Source: Ministeria vibrans ATCC 50519
Taxonomy: Eukaryota > Protista > Filasterea
Direction of reading: 5' to 3'
Assembly (NCBI GenBank): GCA_943704425.1
Contig: CALSCP010002679.1
Coordinates: 32,586-96,585, forward strand
DNA: 64,000 nucleotides
Below, in pieces: positions 26,301 through 38,501 of this stretch (within the stretch, counting starts at the first letter, position 1; every line of letters begins with the position of its first letter). The notes beneath the pieces are model-generated. The model was not told the origin of the DNA. It ran no database searches and saw nothing but the letters and a program-made list of their open reading frames with translations. A program made the position numbers and the translations under genes.

Positions 26301-29300
26301 CACTTTTCCAGAGGTCGCATCGCACGCCTCACACGACTGCCCATCGGCAGCAGGAACCTGATTTGCCGGACATGCCGCACACGCGGGGGGCGCCAGACTG
26401 GCGTCCATGAACTGATTGCCACTGCAATCCACACATCGACCATCCACAACCTTTTTGGGACTGGCACATTCGATGCATGTCTGGCCGTTGGTTGTGTACT
26501 TTGACGAGGGGCACGACGAGCACGTAGTGAGACCCGTCTTGGTCGCGACCTTTCCCTCGTCGCATGCAGTGCACACCGTCAGACTCGAAGCGGACGAAAA
26601 GCGTCCAATGGCGCAGTCGGTGCACTGAGTCGCGCCTGCAGCGTCGCTGTACTTGCCCGAAGGACACGTTTGACATCCCTTGCTGTCGTCTTTGGAGAAG
26701 GTGCCCAATGGACACGCAAGACAGACCTCGCCCCGCTTTGGTCGATGGTGACCGCTGGGACATGCGTTGCATCCAGTTCCGTCCGCCTTGGCTATCTTGT
26801 TCGGCGCACATTCGGCGCACTGCTCGCCCGGCGACGGTGTGTAAGAGTTGGTGCCGCATTCACTGCATTTCTCATCACCGGGAGCGTTCTCATCACGGAT
26901 CTTGCCAGCCGGACATGTTTTGCAGGTCTTGCGATCGGCTGCCGAGTACTTCTCAGGCGCGCACACCTTGCATTCGGTGGCGCCTTCGGACGACGAGTAG
27001 AATCCAAAGTCACACATAACACATGAGGCCGCGGCAACGGAACCCTTTGCAGCGACTGCTTTGCCAGCCGCACACTTTTTACACACGCTCGTGCCTTCAC
27101 CATCCTGGTAGTGACCCGCCGCACAGTCGGAGCAGACACTTTGTCCGGTGGCCTTGCTGATCTTGCCCGCGGCGCAATTTGCACACTCGGAAAGACCCGA
27201 TGTGGCAGTGTGAGTACCGGCGGTGCATGGAGTGCACACAGAGCCGCCCTCAAGATTGCTAAACTTTCCAGCCGAGCATGGCTTGCAAGCAGTCGAAGCC
27301 TTTGCACCGGTGCTTGTCGAGAATTTTCCCTTCGAGCACTCATTGGCACACTCCGAGGCACCCATCGTACTGCTGTAGCGTCCACTCGTACACGCCTTGC
27401 AAGTGGATGACCCCGTTGCACTTGTCGCATCACTAAAACGACCTCCGCGGCACTGAGTGCACACGGACGAGCCCGACGACGAGTAGGTGCCCTTGCCGCA
27501 GGGTGTACAGTCGCTAGCAGCAGTTGCACCCTTGGCGTTGAGCATCTTCCCAGCTGAACACGATTTGCACGACTTACTCCCAGTTACATCGGCATACTTG
27601 CCCTCGGTGCATTCGACACACGTCTGGAGACCTGCTTGTGACGAGAATCGTCCTGTCGCACAAGGGTCGCAGCCGTCACGAATGCCCGTCTTGCCGCGCT
27701 TGCCGGAGGGACACCGCTTGCAAGCGCCGTTCACAACGTCGTTGTACTTTCCCGCGCCACACGGCACACACGACCCACCTGCATCGTGCTGCTTGCCTGG
27801 ATTGCAGTCTGTGGCACGCGTGCCTCGGCTCAAAGCCAAACCATTCGAGTCAACGTCCATGTCGGTGTCGAAGATATCGTCGTCGTCCATGTCGTACAGC
27901 ATCTCGCTCTCGGTCACGTCGTTGCTCTCGTCCACCCTCACGTTCTCGTCCGGCTCGTAGCCCGTCTCTTCCAGCTCACCGGTGTCTGGGTTGCGGCGCA
28001 CGCGTCCCAGACGCAGATCTTCGCGCTCAAGTGCGTCTGCCGGGAGATCCTCAGCGAGTCGCTTGGCCGAGTCGCGTGTGCCATCAAAGCAAGTGATAAA
28101 CGGGTTGCGAGAGTCACATACCAGGTTCTGGAACACCTGGAAGGTGTCCTTATCCATCGCGACAATGGTCTCTCGTGTGAGGCGCAAATCGTGCGCCAAT
28201 ACAAGCGGTCGGACTGCACTTGCGTCGACAATGTCACGACGCGTAATGCCGCGCTGCGCCTTGTACCACTCGCACTGGTCAATTTGATTAACATCATCGA
28301 TAAATTCGCGTCCAATACCCAACGCAAACTGAAGACCGGCAAAGAGAAAGCTGATGGAGGCAGTGAATTGGAAGTGGAACGGCACGGCCGGCGAGTATTC
28401 GTACTCACCGCCAAAGAAAGTGCGAGCCGCCGTCGATTTAGTGCACAGGTCGCGACCGGACGCCTTGAGGTTGCCCACGTTGTTCCAGCCAATGACAATG
28501 TCGCAGCCCATGTACCCCTGGTAGGCGAGTCGCAGGACACCGTCTGAATCCTCAAATGTGACATCACTTCGCGTGGCAAACGCAAACTCCAAGTCAATGG
28601 TGAACGTGCTCGGTTTCCAAAAGGTTGTAAAGAAGTTCTTGATGGAATCCGCGTCACCAAGGGCACGGCGCGACATGTGGTTCGCATGTGTCTGCAGCGC
28701 GACCTCGGTGCCCGAGGTGTACGCGGCGGCGAGCACTGCAGGCTCGACGTGGTCACAGAAGAGACCGGCCCAGGGGGAGGTGCATTCACACACAAAGCCA
28801 GTGGGACTCCACAGCGAGTGAAAGCACGCACCTTTGTTTGCGCACGGTGACGAGGCGCACGTGTCAGCCAGGAGCTCGCACACGTCACCGGCAAACGCAG
28901 GTGGACATTCACAGACGAACCCATCGGCGTTGGCATCGCAAGTGCCGTTGTGAGTGCACGGCAACGAGGCACAATGGTCAATGGTTGAAGCGCAACGCGA
29001 GCCATGAAATCCAAGGGGACACTCGCACACGAAGATGCCTTCGTCGGTGTCGTGCAAGTGACATGTGCCATTGTTGCTGCAAGGGTTCATAGGGCCACAG
29101 ACACGCGCGTGTTCCGCTTCGAGCTTCTCGCGTTCGCGAAGCAGCCACGCGACAAACGACTGGCCTCGCTGTGCGGCGTCGCGCGGTTGCATTTCGTGAA
29201 CATCAGTATTGTCGCGAGTGCGATAGTATTCCGCCTCGAGTTCGAAAATAGACGCGCGGTGAAGATCACGTCGACCGCGAGAGCCGACACCGCCACTCAA

Positions 29301-32300
29301 GCCGCCACCAAACAGCGCCAGATTGGTACGTCCATTGTTCAACACGATTGTGAATGACTTGAAGCCCATTGTCGCTAGTGGGATGGGCACAAAACCCTCG
29401 TCTCCAACAATGTCCTTTGAGCCAGTCGCATATCGAATGAGAGCCGCAATGGTCCAGGGACAATTGTCCATTGCCGTGGCGGTACGCTGCAGTTTGAACT
29501 TGCCCATGAGCGAGAGGTACCAGTAGAGCGCTGCACACGAACCGTCTTTGCCGACCTTGCCACTAACGCTCAGGTCAAAGAGGTTGTTCAGCTGGAGCTC
29601 TTGGACGGGTGCCTTGGGCGAGATCATGGAGAGGAAACCCGCACCAAATGTGCCGTCTTGGACACCCATGGCCGAGTAGTCGATGCTGTTTTTGAGGAAC
29701 TCATCACGACGGCGATTGGCGGGCGCCGTTGCTGTGCTGTGGTGCGTGAATGGATGGGCAGTTGGGCCTGGACGCATGCTACTGAAGAACTTTTCGACCG
29801 TGGGGAAGACGGAGAGGTCGGGGAAGGGCACCATGGTGAGCAAGGGCATGCCAAGCATTTCAGCGACGAATTTGACGAGGACACGGCCACTGAGCTGTGT
29901 CTGAGCGTAGATGACGACCGAGTCGGGCTGGGGTGTTGTGATGGCAGTAAACAGAATGTCTTGGGGTCGCTGGTCGCCATAGGTGACGGTAAGGAGACTG
30001 TTGAGGAACGATACAAGAGCGCTCTGGGCCTCCACCGACTCAACCACCTGGTTGACCACACCGAGCGCGGCCACGCCAGCACCCAGTTCCATAAACAGCT
30101 CGCCTCCAACCACACCCTTGCAGCGGCGATCGGCGTCGCTGTCGGGCACTGCTTTGGCACAGGCAATCGTGTTGATGCACACGCCGGTGCCGCAGCTGCG
30201 TGTCTCGCGATCGAGTGTCTCGCACACAAACGTGTGTGAACTTGTGATAAGCTTGCGCTCACGAGTCTGCGAGCCTCCATCGCACGTCTTGGAACACGCA
30301 CCCCAGGCACTCCACTGCTCCCAGGAGCACAACACATGTTTGCAATCCACTGAGTTGCACACCATCGACTCAGAACGTGCAAGCGTTGAAGAGCACGCCG
30401 CGCCTCCGTACGCGGCACTTTGAGCCTCACCTCGCTGACGTTGCTTGCTGCCACCACCGCACAGCTCCGAACAGGCAGACCAAGTGGTCCAGTCGGCAAG
30501 CGTGCAATCGACGGGACAAGGATCACCTTGACATGTGCCTGTTTCGCTATTGCCACCAGTGCAGTCGAGCCCACCTGGCTGGGTCGGTGACACAATCGTG
30601 CGTGTGCGTGTGCTGGTGCCCGCCTCGTTGCACGCGGCTCCACACTCCCAATCGCTCCAGCTCGACCAGACGCAATCGAAGGGTGTCGTACAGGGCTTCT
30701 CGTTGCACGCACGCGAGTTGGTCGCCGAGCCAGTACACGGACGGCCGCCGTGTGCCGCTGCGGGCGACTGAGTGCGCGAGCGTTTCTGGGTGCCACCGCC
30801 ACACGACGCAACTGAACATGTATCGTACGCGGTCCACGTGGTCCAAACGCAATCGATGGGACAGGCAATACGGTTGCACGCGACTGTCTCTTGTTTGCTC
30901 CCGGTGCAAGGTTTGCCGCCGTACATGTGAGCATTGAGAGGCGCGCGTGTACGCACGGTCTCGCCAGCATTGCCACATGACGCGGTGCACGGACTCCAGT
31001 CGGTCCATTGACTGAAGACACAGTCAATGGGGCAGCCTTGTGTGTTGCACGGACGCGTCTCGGCCGCATCGCCGGCGCACTCTTGGCCACCATGACGAGC
31101 GTGTGAGAGCACATGACGATGGCGACGATGAACACCGCCGCCGCAACTGACAGTGCAGACGCTGCTCCACGATGACCAGACGCTCCACGCACAGTCCGAG
31201 GGATGACATGCCGTGTTTCCACACGATCGTGTTTCGGTCGCGGCACCGGGACACCACAGCGCCGAGGAGGACTGGGGTTGACGCACACGCATCTCGAATC
31301 CACCGTTGCCGCCGCACGCGACCGAACAAGCCCCCCATGGATCCCAGGGGCTCCACGAACATGTGGTGGAGCTGCAGGAGCCTGCATAGCAGGGCGCAGA
31401 CTGCTTGGCAAGCAGACACGAAATGGTGTCGGCCGGAGAAGTGTGTGCCTGCTTGGCAACTGGCCAGCGCGACTTGACGGGCGACGCAGCACACGCTTGC
31501 ATTGAACACGCGGACATGTCCCAGCTGGACCATGTGCACGCGTCCCAAGGGCAATCCATTTGGTCTTCCAGATGGTGTTCGACCTCAAGGACGGGTCGCA
31601 AGAAGTGCCAGGAGGCCGAGTCGTCGTAGATTTCGACAAGTGCTGGATCAACGTCGGCAGCCAAGCGCACAATGAAAGAGCCACCGGCACGGAACAGAGG
31701 CGACGAGCAAGCCATGCGACCATGGGTGTAGGTCATGCGGCAGGCTACGGTGGTGCCCCTTAGCACAAGGACAACGGGTGGCTCGCGTGTCCACGAAGTC
31801 TTGCCGTGCAACACAAGGGTCACCGTTTGGCCGCTGGTGAGTGCCTTGGCATGCGTGAAAGTGACTGTGGCATCGAGTGTCGGACTCACACGCATGACTT
31901 GATTGGTCGCCGAACTGCTGTAGGTGTTTACGACGGATGTGACTGGCGCAGTGACACAAGAGACGTCGCACTTGTCGCCGGACATGCCGCGTGGACAAGC
32001 GCATGTGATGCCAGCAAACTGAGGAAGACACACACACGCAAAGCTCATGATGCCATCGTGGCAAGTGGCGCCGTTGAGACACGGGTTGGAAGCGCAATCA
32101 TCAATATTGGTGGCACAGTCGGTGCCTGTGAACCCCGTATCACAGGAGCACTGGGGCGAACCGTTTGCCTGGATGATACAGTCGCCATTGGTGTAGACAC
32201 ACTTGGCGAGCCCTGCTGCGTTGCGCTCGCAGAGCGTCGCCGAGGCGTGGCAGGGCGACGGGACGCACGGTTCCTTGATCTGGCACGTTGTGCCGTAGTG

Positions 32301-35300
32301 GGACGGCGGACACGAGCAGGTGTACGAGTTGATGCCGTCGCGGCAGGTACCTCCGTTCTCGCATGGGCGTGGGGCGCACTCGTTCACATTGGTGGTGCAA
32401 GTGTGACCGGCCCAGCCAGGGCGACAGGCACAGGTGAATCCGTTGATAAGATCGGTACATGTGCCGCTATTCTTGCAGGGGCCCGGTGCGCACTCGTTTA
32501 TGTTAGTGTTGCAGCGAGCACCTGTCCAGCCGGCGTGGCACGAGCACGAAAGCTGAGTGCCGGCCGTGTTGACGTAACAGGTGCCGTGGGCATAGACACA
32601 CCGTGCCTTGTTGTGGTCGTCGTGGCAGGTGGCGCCATTGTGACATGGGTTGGGCAAACACTCGTTGCGTGTGGTACATCGGGTGCCGCTGTAGCCGTAG
32701 TGACAGGCGCATGTGAAGGAGTTGATGCCATCTGAGCATTGTCCGTGATACGAACACGTGTCGGAGCGGCAGTCGTTGATATTTTCCGCGCAGTTGGCGC
32801 CACGAAAGCCTGTGCGACAGTAGCATACGTACGAGTTGATGCCGTCGCGACACGTTCCACCGTTGCGGCAGGGATTGCCGGCGCAATCGTTGATGTTGTG
32901 TTCACAGACGTCGCCGTACCAGCCTGAGTGGCACAACGCGCGTTGGTCCGCCACCACTTTGATGTTGTCGATGCCCCAGAGAAAGCTAGACTGGGCGTTG
33001 TGCACGCGCCAGCGAAACCACACACGAGTGGTACCGACCGGAACGGTGACTGTCTTTGCGTAGTTCCTGTACGCACTTGGTCCAGTGAAATAGCCGAGCG
33101 TACCGAAGGCGTGGCCGTTGGTGGAAACTTCAAAGTAGCCGCATTGCCAATAGTTGCCATGGAATTTGGTGTCGAACCAGATGCGGACCTGATTGGTGTT
33201 GGACGGAATAGTGATTGCCTGTGTCTCGAGGATGGCGTAGATGGGACCCCAAGCCCAATAATTGTACTGCGTTAGCAATCTCGAGTCGGCGACGGCAATG
33301 ATGTTGTGGCCGTGGGTGCCTTCGTAAGGGAAGCCGACGGAGAGGCTGTCGCGGGAGTTCCACCAAGTGGCGTAGCCAAAGGTCCAGCCGGAGAAAGGAT
33401 GCCCCTTGTTGACGGCGCCAGTGGAGCCAAGGTCAACTGTGAGCCCCTCTGGAGGGGTGGGCGTCCACACGTTTGCCCACCACGAGTATTTCACGTCAGG
33501 TTGCAGCAGGGCGCTTAGGCCGTCGAAGTTTTCGAACATGACGAGATCCGAGCGGCGAGTGCCGTGGGCAAGCGAACAATGACGGGACGCTCCGCTGCAC
33601 GAAGTGACCGTGCCAGAATAAGGTGCGCAGCTGAAAGAATGGCACGAGTTGTAAGTACTGTGACACTTTGAGCCGTAGCGACCAAGCGGACAGCGACAAT
33701 TGTAACCGTAGGAGGTCTGAGTGCACTTTCCGCCATACGCGCACGCGTTGCAGTAGCTGGAGCATGTTGGTCTGCCCACTTGACGATTTGTGTACTGTCC
33801 ACTGGGACAGTTTCGGCATGAGCCCGCCTATTAATAGTATTAGTATAGATGGCAACAGGAAGAGAGAGAGGGAACAGGCAAACATTTGTTGTATCGTACG
33901 TAGGAGCCGGAGATCTTGTCGCGAGGACAGTTGTAGCAGGTGTACTGCAAGAATATGAGAGCCGTGTGAGTCTGGTACAGTCGTTGTGTTTGTACTATTG
34001 TGTGTGTACCGAGTAGTAGGGCGAGTACTTTCCGGCTGGGCAGCCGTAACTGACTTTTCCTCCTGGGCAGTAACTTCCCGCAGGGCAGTTGTAGCACCCT
34101 GGAGAGTACAATGAAGAAAAAGAGAGACAATTAAACACGCGATTAAAATTGAGGGGTTGATACCGGTGTAGCCATTTGAAGAGGTGGAGGTGTATTTCCG
34201 ACTGGGACAGTTGTAGCATGCGGACGCCGATCCCTTGTACTGACCGTAGTTGCAGGCGGTGCAATAACTCTTGGCATAGGACTACAAAATAATTCACATT
34301 AAATTATTAATAATAATTATTATTAGAAGAAGAAGAATACAACCCATTAATAATAATAATAATAATAATAATAGACTTATTATTATTATTATTTATTTTT
34401 TAAGAATAGCAAATTAATTATTGTTGCTGGTATCGAACCGAAATTTTGCCACCGGGGCATGATGGACAGCTGCCATACGCCCAGCCAGAGTATGTGCCGG
34501 CAGGACACGCTGAGCAGCCTGATGCACTCTGGGGGCTGTACTTGCCCCCATAACAGGAATGACAATACGTACTGTACGCGGCGTTGGAGTATTTACCGGC
34601 GGGACACGAAGGACAGGACGTTCTACCGTAACTGCCTTGATAGTAGCCAGCGTAGCAAGGATACGCGATGTTGTGAAGGCATCGGTAACCTGGGGGACAG
34701 CTGGAGCAGTGATAGGTATAGCCGCTCCACCAACTGCCTTTCTTCGCCGAATGGTAATAACCAGTTGGGCAGAAGCGACGGTCTCGACGCAACGGGGTGT
34801 CTGCACGCGCAATAGTTGTGATCAGGTCGGCGCAAAGCTCACCAGTGGCAGTCGGGGGACACGCACACACGCGCTTGCCGTCGAGGAACGAGCAAAGACC
34901 GCCATTGAGACACGGCGATGCAGAGCAGTCGTTGGGTTGCGCAGCACAAGTGTCCACCTCAACAATTATGTTGGAAATCGAAAAGTCTACAAAAAAAAGT
35001 ATAGTAGGTGAGGAAGAAGAAGAACACGCCACAATTCACAAACAAAGGTCAAACAGCGACAACACAAAGAGCTTAGCAACACTAATTTAAACCTGAAAAT
35101 CGACAAAAAAAAACAAAAAAAAACTTACTGTCCTCGTTTGTAAACCGAAAGGACATGAATTCGCTGACGTCGCGGGGCAAAGACGTGTTGAAGGCGTGGC
35201 GCACAAGAGCCGGGGAGGCAGGCAACGCCAGCGAGACGTTAAGGGCATCAGCATGTGCAGTGTGAAGGGACAGTTGAAGAGACAGACTGTTCCCACTGCG

Positions 35301-35904
35301 ACTCTCAAACGAGACGACAAGCGTACGCGCGCCAGAGCCCGCAGCAGGCGTGGGCAGCTGCAGCTCCGTCATGTGCACAGCCGCCTCGTGCCCTGCGGCT
35401 GCGACGGTGTTCGGCAGTGGACCCCAAATTTCTTCAATTTCCGTATTGTGAGTGCTTTCCGTCGCTTGTCGGCGAACCTGCAAGCAGCCACAGAATGAGC
35501 ATGCATATACTTCCCAAATGCGTGGTATGTGACTATGTGTTTATGTCTCGACGGCATATCCGCTCTGTCCTTCTCATCTCGTTCTTTTCTCTTTTTTTGG
35601 CTGCTTTTTCTGCCTCTTTTGTGTTTTTTTCTTTTCTTCTTTTCTGCTGTCGTACGGTAAGGAGACCACCGTCGCCCACTTCAACGACGCCCACCGTCTT
35701 GGAGGTGTGAATCAAATGTGTCCCCGCTGGAGCAGAGCGAGAATCGTTGCGGTTAGGCAATGCATCGACGTTTTTGCTCATCGTTAGAAATTTGCACGTC
35801 GGTTCGACGGGAGCAAAGGACCGCGCGACTCCCGAGCCCAAGAGGGACAGCAAAAGGGCGAGACCAAGGAAAAGGGACGCTGGTCCAACCGAGCTGGAGG
35901 CCAT
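14310..35904 (-). CDS. Giant secreted multidomain Cys-rich protein (~7,000 aa, 7 exons): EGF, TSP1, furin-like/GCC2-GCC3 repeats, beta-rich core, coiled coil, FN2, C2, F5/8-like, DNRLRE-like, LamG
   Basis: Signal peptide MASSSVGPASLFLGLALLLSLLGSGVA at 35904; six GT-AG introns between ~35655 and ~33829 splice in frame into the 6489-codon ORF. Ca-binding EGFs (NINDC/NVNEC), 8 WSxW-type TSP1 repeats (~30175-31550), CPAGKY repeats (~23900-27810), FN2 (~20725-20855), C2 (~20185-20545), LamG (~18370-18890). Confidence 0.9.
34325..34352 (-). mobile_element. Minimal 3' tail of the non-LTR element inside an intronic (AAT)n tract
   Basis: agaagaagaagaatacaacccatt closely resembles the terminus of copy A at 11761-11787. 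Confidence 0.45.
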
Positions 35905-36966
35905 TGTCCCGTGCAGTGAGAGAGAGGAAAAAGTTGAATTTTTTCAATATTAATAACTTACATTTGCGAGAAAAAACAAGCAGGTTTTGCCCGTTTTGGC
36001 GTTTCTAAACTGTTGAGTGTTGAGAATTGAGATCTTGATGTAGATTTTACTATCAGTTGACAGTTGTAGCGTATTTGCTGCACTTACTTGCCGCGGTCGG
36101 AGTTCAGTTTGAAGTTGACACTAAAATAATAGGCACTAAATATGGATGTTCGTGGCTTGTGCGTTCATCGTAAACACTTAATATCTCGTGAAATACACAA
36201 CTAGGGAACAATCCGCTCTTAGATCCATTATCCATATTCCATGTAAAATAATGTCAAGGGTATTAGGGTAAAGAAATAAAAGAACGGGTGGGTCGAGGGC
36301 AGAACTAAACTACTACAGCAAAGACGTAGTAATTAGTAAAGTGTAAACTGTAAACTTTAGAGTTTTTTTATGGCTTACTGCCAGATGTCGTAGGTGCACA
36401 CAATCCTTCAAAGAGAACACCAGTCTGCTTCATCTCCAGCGTGACGCGTCTCAATGGCGTTTTTTTTACGTGTTTTACGGTGAAGATTCAGAGGAGCGTT
36501 CCTCGCTCACGACCGCCCACGAAAAGCCTTCCAAATCTCCGATAGAGGTACCCTAGTAACCCTACTATCTACGCTTGGAGTGTTCAACGAGTACTGTCGC
36601 CTTCAGTGCTTTCTTATTTTTTTTTCCGGTTTTGTTTTTCTCTCTCTGTTTGGACTCTCTTTCACAGATCGATTTTTCAAAAGAGGGCGACGAGACGACC
36701 GCGCTCTCACGTTTTTGTCGCGACGGCGGTCGTGTGCTTGTCAATTCCGGCTGTACACAAACAGAGGCACGTGCAGACTTTCCTATCGGCGAGGACGAAA
36801 TGTACGACCCTATCTGAAGCGATCATCGAGACACATCGTCGCACGCTCGACACCGCTAGGTGAGCACGGTGGAGTAGGAAGTGTTCTAACTTCTGGACTC
36901 TCCTTGTCAGCGGTAGTTGTTGCAGTTGTTGTGGTTATTAAATAATTAGACGAAGAAGAAGAGGAC

Positions 36967-36967
<1 letters not shown>

Positions 36968-37031
<64 letters not shown>
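36968..37031. repeat. (AAT)n microsatellite
   Basis: Direct observation. Confidence 0.95.
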
Positions 37032-37162
37032 TAAGAGAAAAAATTAATAACGTCTTCATAAAAAAACAATTAATTCAACCACTGCGCATGCATCACAAAC
37101 GAACGCCAACAGTCTAAGCTACACAGTATACACCACACTATATTGAATTGCTTTGTAATCTA

Positions 37163-37628
37163 CTACACAGATTTCATATTGTAGTGACGGGAACCAGAAT
37201 CAACATAAACTCCTTCCAGGTGGGTCGCGTACTCCTTGTACATCCGCTGACGCAACTCGGGCTCCACAGGCACACACCTCTCAAAGACACCTGCTTCGTC
37301 ACACGCACTCAGAAGCATCATTGCCATGTCAATTTCGCCGCACTACATAGTTTTTCTCATGATAACAATCTTATTCATAGTAAAATAGGTATACCTCGTG
37401 AAGAACTCGGATGGCATGCTCCCAGCGTGAGACTGACAACAACAAGAGCACGCCATCGTGGACCTTGGTCTGATTGAGCAATGTGGGCGAAGGGAGGTGT
37501 GACGCCGGCGACGACTCAGACTCACCATCGCCCTTTTTGCTCGCTGCACGCTCTTTCCACGACTGACTACGCACGCCACCCGAGCGCAAAAGGTGTTCCG
37601 CCCACGCAGCGAGCACTTCGGCAGCACC
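37163..37628 (-). CDS. WDR11: WDR11-like protein, 3' fragment only
   Basis: [14 protein letters not shown]...[20 protein letters not shown]|[20 protein letters not shown]...[11 protein letters not shown] aligns by eye with the WDR11 C-terminus (ADVLRRWVDHL..ALLVLLSLG..DRAALFVEAC..IYADYARSL). Acceptor at 37629, stop TAG 37163-37165. Upstream exons absent. Confidence 0.65.
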
Positions 37629-37637
37629 CTATTGGAG

Positions 37638-37670
<33 letters not shown>

Positions 37671-37679
37671 GCGTTGTAC

Positions 37680-37874
37680 CTTCGTTGGCACCCTTGCGCA
37701 TCTGTTTGTAGTTGGTGGCCTGCTGGACGAGCTCGAGAATGGTGGTGGTCAGGTGGCCATCGGCGAGCGGGTACGCTTTCGGGTTCACGGCAGTCTGGAA
37801 AAAAAAAGAGACAGGGGCGAAAGGCACGGGAGGGTCAGGGCGTGGGGTCAGGGTGTTTGATCACTCGTTACCAT
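37680..37874 (-). CDS. SNU13: SNU13/15.5K (NHP2L1), 5' fragment only
   Basis: ATG-only first exon (37874-37872), intron, exon 37794-37680 [38 protein letters not shown]. The remainder (ATKTLNRG...) was not recognised in the window. Confidence 0.92.
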
Positions 37875-38013
37875 GATGAAGTCGAAAAGGGGGTGCGAAA
37901 AGAAGGGAAGAGAAGAAATCTATTCTGATTAGTGATTTCAGATTTGGAATTTTGGATTGATCACGATAAAGTGATTGTGATGAGTTGTGATCAAAATAAT
38001 TACTCACTGTGCA

Positions 38014-38457
38014 ATGTCGGCGCTGAAGGAGATCTTGGTCGCTCAGCAGGGTGTACTGTTTGTGGATAAGCCTGCCATTGTAAGTCGAAGCACGTATTGT
38101 GGGCGAGGCATTGTTGCGGAAGGAAACGACGGGACAGTGAAGGATGAGCGCGGATACAACGCCGTTGAGCGCTGGATAGTGTCGAAGACGCAGGCGCTCA
38201 ATGCGGTGGTGAAGGAGGGCGAGGGAATCAGCCGGTTTCGCGTGGGAGACCAAGTGATTCGCTTTGATACGGTACGCAGACGGGACACTCTCACTCGCCT
38301 GTGCCTCTGCTGATGGGTCTCCCTGCGGCGCAGCTGTGCCAAGAGCACGAGCAGCTACTTCTGGGGGCGTATGCCGACCGATGGCCTCTGACGAAGATTC
38401 TCGACATTGGTGGGAAGGTAGGGTGCGGCTCAAGGGGGATGTGCCGGTTGGCTCACC

Positions 38458-38501
<44 letters not shown>

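Noticed and set aside
14323-33885. Many long overlapping or antisense ORFs (e.g. 29624-31723, 18586-19890, 14666-15853)
   Set aside because: Shadow ORFs expected from GC-rich coding sequence; no domain signatures.
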